The position numbers and the translations under genes were made by a program. A DNA stretch of 64,000 nucleotides from Blastocatellia bacterium (GTDB lineage: Bacteria; Acidobacteriota; Blastocatellia; UBA7656): the NCBI GenBank assembly GCA_963765495.1, contig CAVXWP010000009.1, forward strand, positions 269,653-333,652, in the 5' to 3' direction. The notes beneath the pieces were generated by a model. That model worked only from the letters and a program-made list of their open reading frames with translations. It was not told where the DNA came from and ran no database searches. Numbering within the stretch: position 1 is the stretch's first letter; the number at the start of each line of letters is the position of its first letter. Positions 53,583 to 62,550 of the stretch are shown one piece after another.

Positions 53583-55196
53583 TCATTCGATGTATCCGAG
53601 TGCTCGCAATCGCTCGCGCAATTCGGCCTCTTCACCTTCCTTGTAAACCGGCTCAGACTCGGGGCCGTCTTTTCCGCCCTGCCTGTATGAACTCCCCTGC
53701 CGCGCAAGTTCTTGATGGTCGGTGAAGATTTCTGTGAGCGCCCGCCCGTCCATGTCTTCGGTGAGCGGAGAGCCGAGCGAGTAAAGCGCCGTCGGGCCTA
53801 CATCGCGGAGGTTTGGCAAAGGGTCGAAATCGGTCTGACTCTTTATGCCCCGGCCCCAGGCGATAAATATCCCGTCGCGCGAGTGCGTACCCGTAGTCGA
53901 ATCGGCCGGGACTATCAGGTCGCCATAGCTCGGGCGTTCGTTGTATACGTATTCGTCTCGTCTGGGGATCATCACAAGATCGGGCAGGCGGTCGGCCCAT
54001 CGCCCTCGAAATGCTTCCTTGCGGCTCATTACTTTCTCAAATACCGGCTCGCCGTCTTCGGGCGAGATCAATTTTTTTAACGCCGCTCGCGCTTCTTCAA
54101 GCACTTCATCAAACCGGCTTTCGCTCACCCTTCCCTGCGGCTCGCGTCCCGCCAGATTTACCCACACGCCCTTGTCTTGAGCGAAAAAGGCGCGGGTGCG
54201 TTTCCAGTCGATTTCGTCCAGGAACGCGCTGCCGTAAGCTACCTTGCGATCGAGCACGCTGCCCGAGGGGGTCGAGGGCAAGAGCCGCCGCGAGATTTTT
54301 TCTTTTAGCGATCTCACCTTTGCCCGGCCTTTTCTTGAAGCCGGGGTCTTGAATGCTAGCAACCCCGCAGATGCCAGCACTTCATTTACGCGCACCTCGA
54401 ATAGCTCCGAGCAGAAACCGTGATCCGACACTATGAAGACCCGCGCATCGGCGGGTAAACGTTCGATCAGGCGACCGAGCGCCGCGTCGAGTTGTTCGTA
54501 TGTCTCGTGGATAAACGAGCGAAACTCGCGTGGCGCGTTTGGGTCGTGGCGCGGATGCAAAGGGTCCATGTCGGCCCAGTAATCGTGCTGCGCGCGGTCG
54601 AGCACGGAAAAGACCATCATCAGAAAATCCCATTCGCCCTTATCCATCAAAAATTGAGTGACGCGCTCGTGCATAAGTGTTGCTCGACGGAATTCGTCGG
54701 CGCGGGCGCGTTTATCGGGGTTTCGAGTCGGCTCTATGATGTAATCGGGCAGTCGGGCCAGTATCTCTTCCTTAAGCGAGTGCGGGTGCGTGTAATCCGA
54801 TGACGCGCCGGGCGTGAGCATCCCCGTGACCATAAAGCCGTTTATCGCTTCGGGCGGATAAGTGGTCGGAACGTTTACCACGATTGAACGCCCTCCGCCG
54901 CGCTCGGTCAGCAAATCCCAGACGGGCCGGGTCATTATATCGCGCCCGCTCATGGCGTGTACGCCGTAGCTTGCCCTGTCTTTTATAAAAGGCGAAAAGA
55001 CGCCGTGCATCCCTTCGCTTGTTCCCGTAGTGCAGCTTGCCCAGCCCGGAAAGCTGTTTGGCAGAATGGTCGAACGAAGCGGCGCGTGACACCCTTCTGC
55101 CATCAGGCGAGACAAAACGGGCAGGCGTCCCGCTTCCGCTAGAGGCGTGATCAGATCAAAAGTCGCGCCGTCGAGTCCTAAGATTACTGTCTTCAT
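53583..55196 (-). CDS. Cytoplasmic AP-superfamily (phosphodiesterase/NPP-like) enzyme, paralog 3, ending ...EGEEAELRERLRALGYIE
   Basis: MKTVILGLDGATFD, STILPNSFPGW and SDHGF motifs. Overlaps the stop of paralog 4 by 4 nt. Confidence 0.7.
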   Translation of the reverse strand: MKTVILGLDGATFDLITPLAEAGRLPVLSRLMAEGCHAPLRSTILPNSFPGWASCTTGTSEGMHGVFSPFIKDRASYGVHAMSGRDIMTRPVWDLLTERGGGRSIVVNVPTTYPPEAINGFMVTGMLTPGASSDYTHPHSLKEEILARLPDYIIEPTRNPDKRARADEFRRATLMHERVTQFLMDKGEWDFLMMVFSVLDRAQHDYWADMDPLHPRHDPNAPREFRSFIHETYEQLDAALGRLIERLPADARVFIVSDHGFCSELFEVRVNEVLASAGLLAFKTPASRKGRAKVRSLKEKISRRLLPSTPSGSVLDRKVAYGSAFLDEIDWKRTRAFFAQDKGVWVNLAGREPQGRVSESRFDEVLEEARAALKKLISPEDGEPVFEKVMSRKEAFRGRWADRLPDLVMIPRRDEYVYNERPSYGDLIVPADSTTGTHSRDGIFIAWGRGIKSQTDFDPLPNLRDVGPTALYSLGSPLTEDMDGRALTEIFTDHQELARQGSSYRQGGKDGPESEPVYKEGEEAELRERLRALGYIE

Positions 55197-56539
55197 TTAT
55201 ACATCGAGCGCCCATCCATCCCGGCAGGCACCTGAAGCCCCATCGAGGAGAGCAAAGTCGGAGCAACATCCGTTATGTGAGGCTTATCAGAGCGCAGTTC
55301 GCCGGCCTGCGAGCTTATGAATAGCGTAGCGTCATCCTGCGTGTGCATCCCCGTAAAGATTTCGCGGTCCATCAACTCCGTCTTATTTACCGCGCCCTTC
55401 AGATCGTAGCCGTAGACGGGCTGCGCGCACAGATCGGGGGCCGACAAAAGAGCGGGGCCTCGAAATAACTCGTCGCGTTCGTAAACCCGACCGACTACCC
55501 TCTGCCCTTCATCGCTTATCTCCGAAAGCCCCTGCTTTATCTCTTGGATCAGCCTTCCCGCATCCTCAGGGTCGACCGTGCCGCCCGGATACCTGCCCTT
55601 CAGATTTATGTAGACGCGACCGGGGTCCATAGCAAATGCCCGCGAGCCTTCGGCTATCTCTTCAATCGAGCGCGCATTATCTTTGAGGTTGAGATAGCCG
55701 TGATCGGCAAGCCATCGGTTCAAATAGACCTGTTTCTTTATCCCCGTAAAACCGTGATCGCTCATCAGCATAACGGTCTCGTCGCGCAATCGTTCGCCAA
55801 TCTGCCCGATAAAATGATCTACGCGGCTGTAAAACTCTCTGAAGGCCGAATGGTATTTGTGATTCTCGTCTTCAATCGCGTCCATGAAGAAATGCTGCAA
55901 GCGGTCGGTTTCGGTCACTACGCCTACAAACAGGTCCCACGGCTCGTTGTCATACAGATCGAGCATCACAGCCACGCGGCGTTCGAGCGCCTTAAGGATG
56001 TCGTCCATCAGCGCATCGTGCGACTGCTGCACTTTGCGCGCATCAACGTCGATGCGATAATCCATCCGTTCGAGCTTTGGAACAAGCTCTGCCGGGTAGG
56101 TGGCTTTCTTTATATCAATAGCCACAAACCCTGAAATGAGTATGCCGTTCAAAGGCTTTGCCGGATAAGTCGAAGGCACGTTGATGACGATTGAGCGGCG
56201 GCCCTGACTGCCCACGGCGTCCCAAAGCGTCTGGCTCTTGATGTGGCGCGAATTTGGGAAATAGATTTTGTAGCTGTTCGGCTGAAGATCGAGAAATCCG
56301 TAAATACCGTGGCGTCCGGGGTTTGCGCCGGTCATAAAAGATGTCCACGCCACAGATGAGATGTCCGGGATGGAAGTGTCCATCTGGAGCAGGGTTCCGC
56401 GCCGGGCCATCTCACCCATTCGCGGCATGGTGCCGTCTTCGATAAAGCGGCGCATCAGCGTGCAGGGAGTGCCGTCGAGCCCGAGAAGTACGGCGCGGCG
56501 CGGCGACTCCTTTGATTTGAATCTGTCAAACAGTCCCAT
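55193..56539 (-). CDS. Cytoplasmic AP-superfamily (phosphodiesterase/NPP-like) enzyme, paralog 4, lacking the C-terminal tail
   Basis: LLGLDGTP, TSIPDISSVAW and SDHGF motifs. Ends ...GRSMYK. Confidence 0.7.
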   Translation of the reverse strand: MGLFDRFKSKESPRRAVLLGLDGTPCTLMRRFIEDGTMPRMGEMARRGTLLQMDTSIPDISSVAWTSFMTGANPGRHGIYGFLDLQPNSYKIYFPNSRHIKSQTLWDAVGSQGRRSIVINVPSTYPAKPLNGILISGFVAIDIKKATYPAELVPKLERMDYRIDVDARKVQQSHDALMDDILKALERRVAVMLDLYDNEPWDLFVGVVTETDRLQHFFMDAIEDENHKYHSAFREFYSRVDHFIGQIGERLRDETVMLMSDHGFTGIKKQVYLNRWLADHGYLNLKDNARSIEEIAEGSRAFAMDPGRVYINLKGRYPGGTVDPEDAGRLIQEIKQGLSEISDEGQRVVGRVYERDELFRGPALLSAPDLCAQPVYGYDLKGAVNKTELMDREIFTGMHTQDDATLFISSQAGELRSDKPHITDVAPTLLSSMGLQVPAGMDGRSMYK

Positions 56540-56545
56540 GCTAAA

Positions 56546-56604
56546 ATCCAGAGTTTTGAGTTTTGAGTTTTGAGTTTTGAATTAACTCAAAATTCAAAAC
56601 TCAA
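56546..56604. repeat. Heptamer-armed hairpin (GAGTTTT)4 GAATTAA CTCAAAATTCAAAACTCAAAACT between AP-family paralog 4 and cysC
   Basis: Near-perfect inverted repeat of tandem heptamers. A sister copy at about 57351-57416 lies upstream of cysC. Confidence 0.7.
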
Positions 56605-56611
56605 AACTTGC

Positions 56612-57217
56612 TTAAACGTAGCCGAGAGATTCGAGGCGGCGGCGCACTTCCTCGTCGTCATCTTCGGAGTAGATTTCAGACTCGACATAAGGAATCAGCA
56701 TCATCTCTTCGAGTTTGTTGATGATGCGAAGGGCGCTTTGTTCCGGCGTCTCCAGATTTGTTTCGACGATCACATCGGGCGAGAGAGGCTCTTCGTAAGG
56801 GTCGTCGATGCCTGTGAAATTCTTGATCTCGCCCGCGAGAGCTTTTTTATAAAGGCCCTTTACATCGCGGTCGGCCAGCACGTCAATCGGGCATTTAACA
56901 AAGACCTCTACGAAATCGCCGATCATCTGACGCACCTCATCGCGCACGGCGCTGTAAGGCGAGATCGCCGCCGCTATGGCTACGACATCATTGCGTGTCA
57001 GCAGGTTGCAGACAAACCCTATGCGGCGGATGTTTGTGTCGCGGTCCTCTTTTGAAAAACCGAGCCCCTTTGAAAGATTGGTGCGAACTATATCGCCGTC
57101 AAGGACTTCGACCTTATGATCGCGCCTTTTCAACTCGGCTTCGATTCTGCGCGCAAGCGTAGTCTTGCCCGCCCCTGAAAGCCCTGTAAACCAGATAGTA
57201 AATCCTCTTTGTGCCAT
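56612..57217 (-). CDS. cysC: Adenylyl-sulfate (APS) kinase with an appended C-terminal tail ...[17 protein letters not shown]
   Basis: P-loop GLSGAGKTT and canonical APS kinase core over ~170 aa, then a ~30 aa extension. The ATG at 57217 with a GGAGATTAT SD is preferred over the listed 57295. Confidence 0.85.
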   Translation of the reverse strand: MAQRGFTIWFTGLSGAGKTTLARRIEAELKRRDHKVEVLDGDIVRTNLSKGLGFSKEDRDTNIRRIGFVCNLLTRNDVVAIAAAISPYSAVRDEVRQMIGDFVEVFVKCPIDVLADRDVKGLYKKALAGEIKNFTGIDDPYEEPLSPDVIVETNLETPEQSALRIINKLEEMMLIPYVESEIYSEDDDEEVRRRLESLGYV

Positions 57218-57350
57218 ATAATCTCCGTAAAAAAATTCCGGGCCCCTAAATTCTATTAGCGAAGCCCCCTTTATGCAAAGCTGCTGAATATACACGAACC
57301 CGCGAGATTACGAAAGTCCACGGCAGGCAGCAACGGATTAAGAGATGATT

Positions 57351-57416
57351 AGTTTTGAGTTTTGAGTTTTAGGTTTTGAGTTAATTCAAAACTTAAAACT
57401 CAAAACTCAAAACTTA
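57351..57416. repeat. Second GAGTTTT-heptamer hairpin (TTTTGAGTTTTGAGTTTTAGGTTTTGAG TTAATT CAAAACTTAAAACTCAAAACTCAAAAC)
   Basis: Same family as 56546-56604. The two copies bracket cysC. Confidence 0.7.
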
Positions 57417-57506
57417 ATTGCGCTTGACATGCCAGCGGCTCGAAGTTAATAATCGCGGCGCTTCCTTAAATTTACCCGTGCAAAACCTCTGAGGGGAAAA
57501 GATCGA

Positions 57507-59459
57507 ATGGAGACCAAACAGGCTGACAAGACGGGCGTGGACGTTATGACTTTTCGCGGCTTGTTTCGCATCAAGACGCTCGATTCCATTCTTGCAGACG
57601 CCGAAGAGCCTGAGCATCAGTTGAAACGGGCTCTCGGCCCGTTGCAATTGATACTGTTCGGCGTCGGCGCGGTCATCGGAGCAGGCATATTCGCCACAAT
57701 AGGCACTGCCGCGGCGGGCGATTCGGCTCGTCCGGGCGCGGGTCCGGCGCTGATGATCTCTTTCGTAATCACGGCAATCGTCTGTGGATTTACCGCGCTC
57801 TGCTATGCCGAATTCGCCTCGATGGTTCCAATATCGGGTTCGGCTTATACCTACTCATACGCGACGCTTGGCGAAGTCGTGGCCTGGATAATCGGGTGGG
57901 ATTTGATCATCGAATACGCCGTCGGAAACATCGCGGTCGCCATAAGCTGGGCAAACTATTTCAAGACCCTTATGAAGGGCATAAAGATTCAGGCCATCGG
58001 CCTAAACGGGATCAATATCCCCGACTGGATTTCGATGGATTATCGCACGGCGGCCAAAGTGCCCGGCGTCTATGAAAACGCCCCGCATATTTTCGGCGTG
58101 CCGATAATCTTCAACTTTCTCGCCGTATTCATAGTCGCCGCCATAACGCTCGTCCTGATCTGGGGCATACGCGAAAGCGCCCGATTCAACGCCATAATGG
58201 TCGGGATAAAAATCATAGTGCTGACCTTTTTCGTCATAATCGGATTCACTTATGTGCAGCCCGCAAACTACACGCCGTTTGCGCCAAACGGATGGGCGGG
58301 CATAAGCGCCGGGGCGGCTATAATCTTTTTCGCCTACATTGGCTTTGACGCCGTTTCGACCGTCGCCGAAGAGACCAGAGACCCGCAGCGCAACATGCCT
58401 ATAGGGATAATAGGCTCGCTCATCGTCTGCACGATCTTCTACATCGTCGTGGCCGCCGTCTTCACGGGGCTGATCTCTTACCCCGACCTTCAGGCAAAGC
58501 TTGCGACCGAGCAGGCCGAACCGCTCACGATGGCCCTCGATCACGCGGGACAGGTCTTTAACACCGATCTCGGATGGGCCGTCGGGCTTGTGGCCTTCGG
58601 ATCGGTCGTAGCTCACACGGCCGTTCTGTTTGTATTTCAACTCGGGCAGCCGCGCATCTTCTTTTCGATGGCCCGCGACGGGTTGCTTCCAAAGACCTTC
58701 AGCAAGGTTCATCCCAAGTATCGAACCCCGCACGTCTCCACGATACTGACCGGCGTATTCGTAGCCTCGTTTGCCGCCGTCGCAAGCATTGACGAAATGG
58801 TGGACCTCACCAATATCGGCACGCTCTTCGCCTTTATACTGGTCTGCGCCGGAATAATCGTCCTGCGCGTGAAAGACCCCGACCGGCCCCGCCCGTTCAG
58901 AGTTCCCGGCGGCCTGATCATTCCTGTGCTGGGCATAATCTCGTGCCTTTACCTGATCTACTTCCTGCCGCCTACATCGTGGCTCAGATTCGCCGCGTGG
59001 CTCAATTTCGGATTTGTGATCTATGTAGGCTACGGATCGGTGCACAGCCGTCTGACCGGCAGGCACCATACCGAGGCAATAGCGGAGCACAACGCGCATA
59101 CGGCTTTCACGGGCGCGTGGCTCGGGGCCGTCGGCACCTTGCTGCTTTTCTTTATGCGAGGTTTCGATCTGTGGCTGCTTGCGCGGTCCGAACAGGAATC
59201 GAGCGGGCGAGCGTTTGGAGACTTATTCAATTCAGAGCCGTGGCTTGAGAAGTCATGGTTTTTGATAATCCCGCTTGCCTTGAACGCTCTTGTGCTTTGC
59301 CCCATCGTAATCCGGCGCTCGCTTACGGCAAAGCGGCAGAGCGATTCCGAAAAGGTGGCCGCGAGCGCAACAATAAGTCTGATCGTCGCAGTGATTCTCG
59401 CGGTCCTGAGCCTTGGCTATTTACTGATGGTATTTCTGCACAACCCCGGCGCAAGGTGA
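57507..59459 (+). CDS. APC-superfamily amino acid permease (cationic amino acid transporter-like) with C-terminal extension
   Basis: 650 aa, 12 core TM helices plus 2 extra, APC consensus GAGIFA. SD GAGGGGAAAAG. Confidence 0.8.
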   Translation: METKQADKTGVDVMTFRGLFRIKTLDSILADAEEPEHQLKRALGPLQLILFGVGAVIGAGIFATIGTAAAGDSARPGAGPALMISFVITAIVCGFTALCYAEFASMVPISGSAYTYSYATLGEVVAWIIGWDLIIEYAVGNIAVAISWANYFKTLMKGIKIQAIGLNGINIPDWISMDYRTAAKVPGVYENAPHIFGVPIIFNFLAVFIVAAITLVLIWGIRESARFNAIMVGIKIIVLTFFVIIGFTYVQPANYTPFAPNGWAGISAGAAIIFFAYIGFDAVSTVAEETRDPQRNMPIGIIGSLIVCTIFYIVVAAVFTGLISYPDLQAKLATEQAEPLTMALDHAGQVFNTDLGWAVGLVAFGSVVAHTAVLFVFQLGQPRIFFSMARDGLLPKTFSKVHPKYRTPHVSTILTGVFVASFAAVASIDEMVDLTNIGTLFAFILVCAGIIVLRVKDPDRPRPFRVPGGLIIPVLGIISCLYLIYFLPPTSWLRFAAWLNFGFVIYVGYGSVHSRLTGRHHTEAIAEHNAHTAFTGAWLGAVGTLLLFFMRGFDLWLLARSEQESSGRAFGDLFNSEPWLEKSWFLIIPLALNALVLCPIVIRRSLTAKRQSDSEKVAASATISLIVAVILAVLSLGYLLMVFLHNPGAR

Positions 59460-59670
59460 TTTGATTTTCACCCGTCGAACTATTAGTATTCAGGTACCCG
59501 GTGAAGCGGGTTGAGCAGATGGGTCTTGCAAGCATCAAACATCAGTGAAAGATTGAATCTTTTGTCAACGCTGCCTATGAAAGACGCGCAACAGATCGGC
59601 TTGATCCATTTTGCCGGCAGAGTGTACTATAGCCTCCCTTCAGGTCTTACTGAGAAAGGACACGAGCGAT

Positions 59671-60513
59671 ATGGCTGAGGTAAAGACTATTCTCTTTCCG
59701 ACGGATTTCTCCGAGCATTCAAACAAGGCATTTCCTTACGCGACCTCGCTTGCGCAGGGGTACGGCGCAAAGATCGTCATGATGCACGTAGCCGAGCTTG
59801 AAGAAGAAGACCCGGCAAACCCCGCGCATACTTTTCCCGCGCTCGACTCTTATGACGGAGTGGTCGAGACGGAGCGCGTTATTATCCGAGGCCACGCGCC
59901 CTACAAAGATATTCTCGATGTATCGCGAAGCAGGAATTGCGACCTGATAGTAATGGCTACGCACGGGCGTTCCTCGCTCTCACAATTCTTTCTCGGCGGA
60001 AGCATTGCCGAAGACGTGGCGCGGTTCTCGAAGATACCCGTGCTCATCGTCAAGATAGAGCACGATGAGCCTGCCGAAAGCTACACGGGGCGGTTGAAAG
60101 AGATACTCTTTACCACCGATTTTTCAGAAGCCGCAGACAGCGCGCTTCCCTTCGCCGTGTCGTTTGCTCAGAAATTCGGCTCAAAACTCTTTGCCCTGCA
60201 TGTCATCGATGACGACAGCGTAGAGTTCTACAAAGCGGCGGGGATAAACAAAGACGAGGGTTTCAAAGACAGGATCGAAGAATTCCTGAAGACTCGTCTG
60301 GCATCTCTGCCGGGCGGTGAAGCAATCGCTTCCGTAAACGTGGCGGAAGGGCGCGCCGAACGCGAGATCGTAAAATTCGCCGACGAAAATGAGATAGACA
60401 TGATCGTTATGGCTACGCAGGGACACGGTATTCTCGAAGACGAGATACTGGGCACAACCACGGATCGCGTGATCCGCCACGCGTCCTGCCCGGTCTTGAC
60501 CGTGCGAAGCTGA
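59671..60513 (+). CDS. Tandem-domain universal stress protein (UspA x2)
   Basis: Two Usp domains, each with a terminal ATP-binding G-x2-G-x9-G(S/T) region (VMATHGRS...GS). ATG at 59671. Confidence 0.8.
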   Translation: MAEVKTILFPTDFSEHSNKAFPYATSLAQGYGAKIVMMHVAELEEEDPANPAHTFPALDSYDGVVETERVIIRGHAPYKDILDVSRSRNCDLIVMATHGRSSLSQFFLGGSIAEDVARFSKIPVLIVKIEHDEPAESYTGRLKEILFTTDFSEAADSALPFAVSFAQKFGSKLFALHVIDDDSVEFYKAAGINKDEGFKDRIEEFLKTRLASLPGGEAIASVNVAEGRAEREIVKFADENEIDMIVMATQGHGILEDEILGTTTDRVIRHASCPVLTVRS

Positions 60514-60587
60514 ATAACTCGACTGGATAACTCGACTGGATAACTCGACTGGATAACTCGACTGGATAACTCGACTGGATAACTCTA
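60514..60587. repeat. Tandem array of a 13-bp direct repeat ATAACTCGACTGG (5 full copies + partial) between the usp gene and the NSS transporter gene
   Basis: Perfect 13-bp periodicity, starting 1 nt after the usp stop codon. Confidence 0.8.
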
Positions 60588-60617
60588 GCCCGCAAATTCG
60601 AGAGGAGATATTGATTT

Positions 60618-62294
60618 ATGGCCATAGAGACCAATGCGCCGCCTGATTCACGAGAAAGCTGGGGATCACAACTCGGCCTCGTGCTGGCGATGGCAGGCAA
60701 CGCCGTGGGGTTGGGTAACTTCCTGCGCTTCCCGGCCCTTGCCGCAAAAAACGGCGGCGGCACCTTCATGATTCCTTACTTCATATCGCTTTTGCTTCTC
60801 GGCATACCGCTGATGTGGATCGAATGGGGCATAGGCCGTTACGGCGGGAAATTCGGCTACTCGACCTCGCCCGGCATGTTCCAGAAACTCTGGAATCACC
60901 CTATGGCCAAATACCTGGGCGCGCTCGGCGTCTTCATCCCTCTGGCCTTCGTAATCTATTACACCTATATCGAATCCTGGACCCTGGGCTATGCGGTGCG
61001 GTCATTCACAAACCAGATTCCGAGCATCGAGGGGCAGACTCCTGCGCAGGCTTTCGATACCATGGGAAATTATCTGGCCAGCTATCAGGGAACAAACAAC
61101 GCCTCGCACCTGTCGGGCACGTGGACAAGCTGGATATTTTTCGCCATCACGCTTTTCTGCAACGTCTTTGTCATCTCGCGCGGCGTAGCAGCCGGGATCG
61201 AGAAGATGGCTAAGATTGCCATGCCGCTTTTGATACTGTTTGCCATCATCGTAGGGATAAGAGTGCTGTCGCTTCCGGGCGCGATGGGCGGCGTCGCGTT
61301 TGTGTGGAACCCGGATTTTTCAAAGATCACAGACGGCGCGATATGGCTTGCGGCGGCGGGGCAGATATTCTTCACCCTCTCGCTTGGGACCGGATCGATT
61401 GAGACCTATGCCAGCTATCTGAAAGAGAACGACGACATAGTGCTTACGGGTCTGGCCACCTCTTCGATGAACGAGTTCTGCGAAGTGATCCTTGGCGGTT
61501 CGATAGCGATCCCGGCGGCGGCGGCCTTTTATGGAGCGGGCGCGGCGACGGCCATCGCCAATTCGGGCACATTCAATCTGGGATTTCAGACCATGCCCGC
61601 GGTCTTTTCAGGCATACCGGGCGGGTTCCTCTTCGGCGGCATCTTCTTTACGCTCCTCTTTTTCGCGGGCATAACCTCTTCGCTCGCGCTCGCGCAGCCG
61701 GCTATGGCTTTCCTGCAGGACGAGATGAAGCTGACGCGCAAGAAGGCGGCGTTGTTTGTCGGAGCCGTTATGCTCGCCGGGGCTACACCGATCATACTCT
61801 GGCTGCAATACGGCTTCCTGGACGAGTTCGATTTCTGGGCGGGAGCGCTTCTGCTGCTGGTCTTTTCGCTCATAGAATCGATTCTCTTCTTCTGGGTATT
61901 CGGCGGGCGAAAGGCGTGGGAAGAGATCCGCAAGGGACAGCAGATAAACCTGCCTTCGTTCTTCTACCCGATCATGAAATTCGTCGTGCCTATCCTGCTT
62001 GTGGTCATCCTCATCAAAGGCATAATCGACGACATGTTGCCGCGCATAACATTCCAGAAGTGGGAAGACTTGCCGGGATGGAGCAAAGTCACGGCCTCGG
62101 CCGGAGAGCGCATCGCGTATGAATTCGGCATGGCGGGCCGACATCTGGTCGAAAATACCGATGAGATTGGAAACTTCTGGTTTCACTGGGGGGCGCGGAT
62201 CGAGATGCTCGCGCTTTACGTTATGTTTATCGTAATGGTTGCCATCGCCTGGCGAAAATACAGGCGGGGCGAAACCGATAAAGTGGAGGCATGA
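60618..62294 (+). CDS. Sodium-dependent transporter of the NSS (SNF) family
   Basis: N-terminal NSS signature LAMAGNAVGLGNFLRFP; 12 TM helices; GAGG SD. Confidence 0.85.
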   Translation: MAIETNAPPDSRESWGSQLGLVLAMAGNAVGLGNFLRFPALAAKNGGGTFMIPYFISLLLLGIPLMWIEWGIGRYGGKFGYSTSPGMFQKLWNHPMAKYLGALGVFIPLAFVIYYTYIESWTLGYAVRSFTNQIPSIEGQTPAQAFDTMGNYLASYQGTNNASHLSGTWTSWIFFAITLFCNVFVISRGVAAGIEKMAKIAMPLLILFAIIVGIRVLSLPGAMGGVAFVWNPDFSKITDGAIWLAAAGQIFFTLSLGTGSIETYASYLKENDDIVLTGLATSSMNEFCEVILGGSIAIPAAAAFYGAGAATAIANSGTFNLGFQTMPAVFSGIPGGFLFGGIFFTLLFFAGITSSLALAQPAMAFLQDEMKLTRKKAALFVGAVMLAGATPIILWLQYGFLDEFDFWAGALLLLVFSLIESILFFWVFGGRKAWEEIRKGQQINLPSFFYPIMKFVVPILLVVILIKGIIDDMLPRITFQKWEDLPGWSKVTASAGERIAYEFGMAGRHLVENTDEIGNFWFHWGARIEMLALYVMFIVMVAIAWRKYRRGETDKVEA

Positions 62295-62449
62295 TGACTT
62301 TTATTCCGGGTCTGTTACTGGCTCTTCAACAGCAAGCGGCCGAACAACCGCCGATGACAGCGGGCGGATGGGTCTTCATGGCCTGCGCGTGGTTTTTCAT
62401 CCTGACGCTGGTTATCTACACGTTTTCGAAGATACTACGCGGAAATTGA
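62291..62449 (+). CDS. MetS-like small membrane subunit (52 aa) coupled to the NSS transporter
   Basis: Not in the ORF track because it is shorter than 60 aa. Its ATG overlaps the NSS stop (ATGA). It has a single TM helix (WVFMACAWFFILTLVIYTF). Small subunits of this kind are typically encoded directly after NSS-family methionine/alanine importers. Confidence 0.55.
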   Translation: MMTFIPGLLLALQQQAAEQPPMTAGGWVFMACAWFFILTLVIYTFSKILRGN

Positions 62450-62550
62450 TAATTGATGAGTGATTCGTGATTTGTGATTCGTGACCGGACATAGCAGTCT
62501 ATCAAAACAACGGATCACGCATCACTCATCAAGCTTCTCGCACCTTGAGC

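Noticed and set aside
49531-53585. The TTTGAGA block at ~49531 and the TCTCAAA block at ~53553 as terminal inverted repeats of a 4-kb transposon carrying the YfhO N-terminus and AP-family paralog 2.
   Set aside because: The left block is in frame within a conserved coding region. There is no transposase, no target-site duplication and no compositional break. Independent local hairpin or heptamer elements are more parsimonious.
60514-60587. Possibility that the 13-bp array, or the heptamer and CACG repeat clusters, represent a CRISPR array.
   Set aside because: Repeats are 7-15 bp and either directly abutting or forming inverted arms. There are no unique spacers of regular length between direct repeats, no leader and no cas genes anywhere in the window.
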